Made by a program: the position numbers and the translations under genes. A stretch of DNA of 64,000 nt, taken from NCBI GenBank assembly GCA_037128135.1, contig JBAXXD010000008.1:1482-65481 (forward strand), in the 5' to 3' direction. Below the pieces are notes generated by a model. That model did no database searches and was not told the origin of the DNA. It saw only the letters and a list, made by a program, of their open reading frames with translations. Below are positions 61,505-64,000 of this stretch, piece by piece. Position 1 is the stretch's first letter, and each line of letters opens with the position of its first letter. This DNA is from Verrucomicrobiia bacterium (GTDB lineage Bacteria; Verrucomicrobiota; Verrucomicrobiia; Chthoniobacterales; Terrimicrobiaceae).

Positions 61505-64000
61505 ATGAATTTGGCAACTTCAGATAGTGTAGCAAATGCCGGGACGGCCGCGTGGAAAATGTTCCGGCCGGCCGGCGGCGAAACAACATCCCGTTTGAGC
61601 GGATCCACGAAGGCGCTGGCGGCGAGGTATCTTTCCGGCGAGATCGGCCGCTCCATGACGGAAGACAGCCTTCATCTGTCCATGCCTGGATATCATACAT
61701 TTTGCGAGTGGGAGTGTGACTGGACGCTGGCGGGTCCGCTGATGAACAGCAGTGATTCTCCGGACGGATTGGCCGCGGAAGATTTGCTGTTAGATGGCGC
61801 TCAGACGATGGAGGAGGTCAGGCTTTCAGCAAACGTCCTGCCGGAATGTTTTCATAGTGTTCATGGAAAAATCCATTTCAAGGAATTGTTCAGTTCCGCC
61901 AAAGTTCATTCCGCCGCCTATTGCTTCACAGAAATAGATACTGCTTCCGCCTGCCTGCTGCCCTTAGTGCTTGATGGCGACTGGTATTGTTCCCTATTCG
62001 TCAACGGCGAGCTGAAACACACAGGGGCCGGATGGTCCAAAATCATGAGACTTCCGCTGAAAGCCGGCCGGAATTTGATCGGCTTTCGTATTACGGGCGG
62101 TTCCGGCGGCTGGCGCGTGGTTCTGGCCAAAGGAGAATTTCTACCACTCGAAGAAAAATGCCGGGAGCCGGATCAGGCGGAGCTGTATGCGGAAGCCGTC
62201 CGATTGATCGCCTGGAATGCTCCGCTGCGGATCATCGATGGCGAAAAATTAGTTGGTGCCGCAACGCTCAAAAAAGCGATGCGTCACATCGTTCCAGCTC
62301 TGTGCTGCACTTCTGTCAGCCACACGACATTGGATTTTGAGAAAGCGCTTGCCGTTGGTTACAAAGGCATCAGGGCGGAAATTGAAGAACGGCTTTCCCG
62401 CGGCGGGCTGGATGAATGCGGAAACACGCTTCTTCACGCGATGCTTTCCTGTCTGGATTCAGCGAAAATTTGGCACGGCAGATATCTCGATGCGTTGAAG
62501 AAACTTGCCGGCGAAGGCAAAAATGATCTCGCTGGCATCATAGAGTCGTTGAATAACGTGCCGGAAAACCCGCCGGAGACGTTCCGGGAGGCGGTGCAGT
62601 CGTTGTGGATGTTATGGGATTTCCAGCGGCTGTGCGGCAACTGGAGCGGCATCGGACGGATCGACAAAATGCTTGGGCCGTATCTGAAACGCGATCTGGC
62701 GGCCGGCATAATCGACAGAGATGAGGCGCGGGAGCTGATCGCCCATTTCTGGATAAAAGGTTGTGAATGGATCACCGCGAATGCTGGCTCGGATAACGGC
62801 GATGCCCAGTTTTATCAGAACATCGTTCTCGGCGGGGTCGATGAAGCCGGAAATGACGTTGCTAACGAAGTCACTTATCTCGTCCTGGATGTCGTCGAAG
62901 AACTGCATATTTCCGACTTTCCCATCGCGGTCCGCATCTCGAAAAAGACAGATGAAATGCTTCTGCGCCGGATTGCGGAAATCCAGCGGCTCGGCGGCGG
63001 GATCATCGCGGTTTACAACGATGACCGGATTATTCCGAATCTGGTCCATTTCGGATACCCGCTGGCGGATGCCAGAGATTTTGCCAACGACGGTTGCTGG
63101 GAGATCCTGATCCCCGGCAAAACCTGTTTTGGCTACCTCGCTTTCGACGCCCTGAAAATCCTCCAGGACGTGCTCGGACTCGATGCTTCAGACGCCGACC
63201 TCAGCCAATACACCTGTTTCGATGAGTTATTCGAAGGTTTTAAGATAAAACTGAACAACCAAATCGTGCAAATGACCAGCCGTGCGGTTACAGCATTAAA
63301 AAACAATGTCACCCCCACTGTGCTGGTCGATATGCTGATTGACGGCTGTATTGAAAAGGGGCGTTCGTATTATCATCTCGGCCCGAAATACACGGCAGAG
63401 TCGCCACACGCAGGGGGGCTTCCGGACGTCGCCAACAGCCTGCAAGTGATCAAGAAACTGGTTTATGAAGATCAGGAATTTTCTCTGGCAGAACTGGCTG
63501 ACATTCTCCGTAACAACTGGGAGGGGCATGATGAAACCCGCCGGAAAATCTGTTCGCGCTTTGATTTCTACGGCAACGATTCGGAAGCCAGCAACGCGAT
63601 GATTCAAAAGGTTTTTGATGCTTACACCGGTCTGGTCGCTGAAATCCCTTCAAACGACGGGGTGCTTTTCCCTGCTGGAATCAGCACCTTCGGACGCGAG
63701 GCCAGTGCTTTTCTGCCGGGCCGGACAGCTTCGGCGGCGGGATCCAAAAAAGGAGATATTCTGGCGTTGAATTTCAGCCCGTCGCCCGGCACCGACAAAA
63801 GCGGCCCCACCGCCGTCATCAAGTCGCACTGCGCGGTGGACTTTTCCAGGCTGCCCGGCGGCACCGCGCTGGAATTGAAGATCGTTCCTTCGTCATTACA
63901 GGGAGAAAAGGGGATTGCCGCGCTGGTTGGACTCATGAAGACCTTCGTCGATCTCGGCGGAATATTCATGCAGATTGACGCGATGGATACCGCGATGCTC
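61505..64000 (+). CDS. glycyl radical enzyme (PFL-like/glycerol-dehydratase family) with ~215-aa N-terminal extension; 3' end outside window
   Basis: Translated by hand. The frame is open from 61343 to the window end, so it is absent from the ORF track. Motifs: DAQFYQNIVLGG, FANDGCWE (GCxE thiyl loop), ISTFGREASAFLPGRTASAAG, GGIFMQIDAMD. The start is uncertain (ATG at 61505, 61559, 61655 or 61682). Confidence 0.85.
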   Translation, partial: MNLATSDSVANAGTAAWKMFRPAGGETTSRLSGSTKALAARYLSGEIGRSMTEDSLHLSMPGYHTFCEWECDWTLAGPLMNSSDSPDGLAAEDLLLDGAQTMEEVRLSANVLPECFHSVHGKIHFKELFSSAKVHSAAYCFTEIDTASACLLPLVLDGDWYCSLFVNGELKHTGAGWSKIMRLPLKAGRNLIGFRITGGSGGWRVVLAKGEFLPLEEKCREPDQAELYAEAVRLIAWNAPLRIIDGEKLVGAATLKKAMRHIVPALCCTSVSHTTLDFEKALAVGYKGIRAEIEERLSRGGLDECGNTLLHAMLSCLDSAKIWHGRYLDALKKLAGEGKNDLAGIIESLNNVPENPPETFREAVQSLWMLWDFQRLCGNWSGIGRIDKMLGPYLKRDLAAGIIDRDEARELIAHFWIKGCEWITANAGSDNGDAQFYQNIVLGGVDEAGNDVANEVTYLVLDVVEELHISDFPIAVRISKKTDEMLLRRIAEIQRLGGGIIAVYNDDRIIPNLVHFGYPLADARDFANDGCWEILIPGKTCFGYLAFDALKILQDVLGLDASDADLSQYTCFDELFEGFKIKLNNQIVQMTSRAVTALKNNVTPTVLVDMLIDGCIEKGRSYYHLGPKYTAESPHAGGLPDVANSLQVIKKLVYEDQEFSLAELADILRNNWEGHDETRRKICSRFDFYGNDSEASNAMIQKVFDAYTGLVAEIPSNDGVLFPAGISTFGREASAFLPGRTASAAGSKKGDILALNFSPSPGTDKSGPTAVIKSHCAVDFSRLPGGTALELKIVPSSLQGEKGIAALVGLMKTFVDLGGIFMQIDAMDTAML

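Noticed and set aside
56800-64000. Treating the KS/ACP cassette and the glycyl-radical gene as one six-gene system
   Set aside because: The only evidence is shared strand and proximity. A 190-nt gap, loss of translational coupling and a composition shift argue against it. I kept it as a low-confidence question rather than a call.

Overview
This is 64 kb of a high-GC bacterial chromosome. One sampled 60-nt line in a core gene counted 41/60 G+C. The gene content suggests the PVC superphylum, probably Verrucomicrobiota: a DUF1549/DUF1553 + DUF1501 pair, many secreted or lipoprotein glycoside hydrolases, and Tat signals. This placement is inference.

I can support about 55 protein-coding genes. 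I saw no rRNA, tRNA or CRISPR array by eye.

Layout:
- 0-6.6 kb: end of an aldo/keto reductase gene, a VapBC pair, a hybrid sensor kinase, a GH1 enzyme and a lytic transglycosylase.
- 6.8-22.8 kb: amino-sugar/glycan utilisation block with nagB-nagA, a DUF4838-like gene, a TIM-barrel isomerase, an MFS transporter, a Gfo/Idh/MocA oxidoreductase, a GNAT, a beta-helix hydrolase and a clan GH-A hydrolase. It contains a direct segmental duplication. Copy 2 lacks nagA, keeps only a nagB 3' fragment, and is frameshifted at its 5' end. A 1311-nt tract looks perfectly identical between the two copies.
- 23.0-28.3 kb: tight operon of DUF1549/DUF1553, DUF1501 and a PPC-repeat protein.
- 28.3-31.6 kb: FkbO-type chorismatase-like gene, an unknown gene and an AraC regulator.
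- 31.7-43.4 kb: housekeeping genes trpS, yicC, gmk, stand-alone coaC, pncC, mreBCD-mrdA and rng.
- 43.6-49 kb: AraC regulator divergent from an operon of DegT aminotransferase, tandem amidohydrolase and Tat metallophosphoesterase.
- 49-56.7 kb: PotD-like binding protein, kdsD, VanX-like dipeptidase, DUF1460, uppS, purA, a Pro-rich tail-anchored protein and trxA.
- 56.8-61.3 kb: translationally coupled cassette of GT2-acyltransferase fusion, ACP, ketosynthase, Cys-less ketosynthase partner and a second ACP, resembling the core of aryl-polyene clusters.
- 61.5-64.0 kb: glycyl-radical enzyme that runs off the window and carries an unusual ~215-aa N-terminal beta-sandwich-like extension.

The best candidates for something new are the minimal KS/CLF/ACP lipid cassette, the extended glycyl-radical enzyme, the PVC-specific three-gene operon, and a family of mosaic GC-rich repeat modules and gene relics in the intergenic regions.

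All family assignments come from motif recognition by eye. No searches were run.
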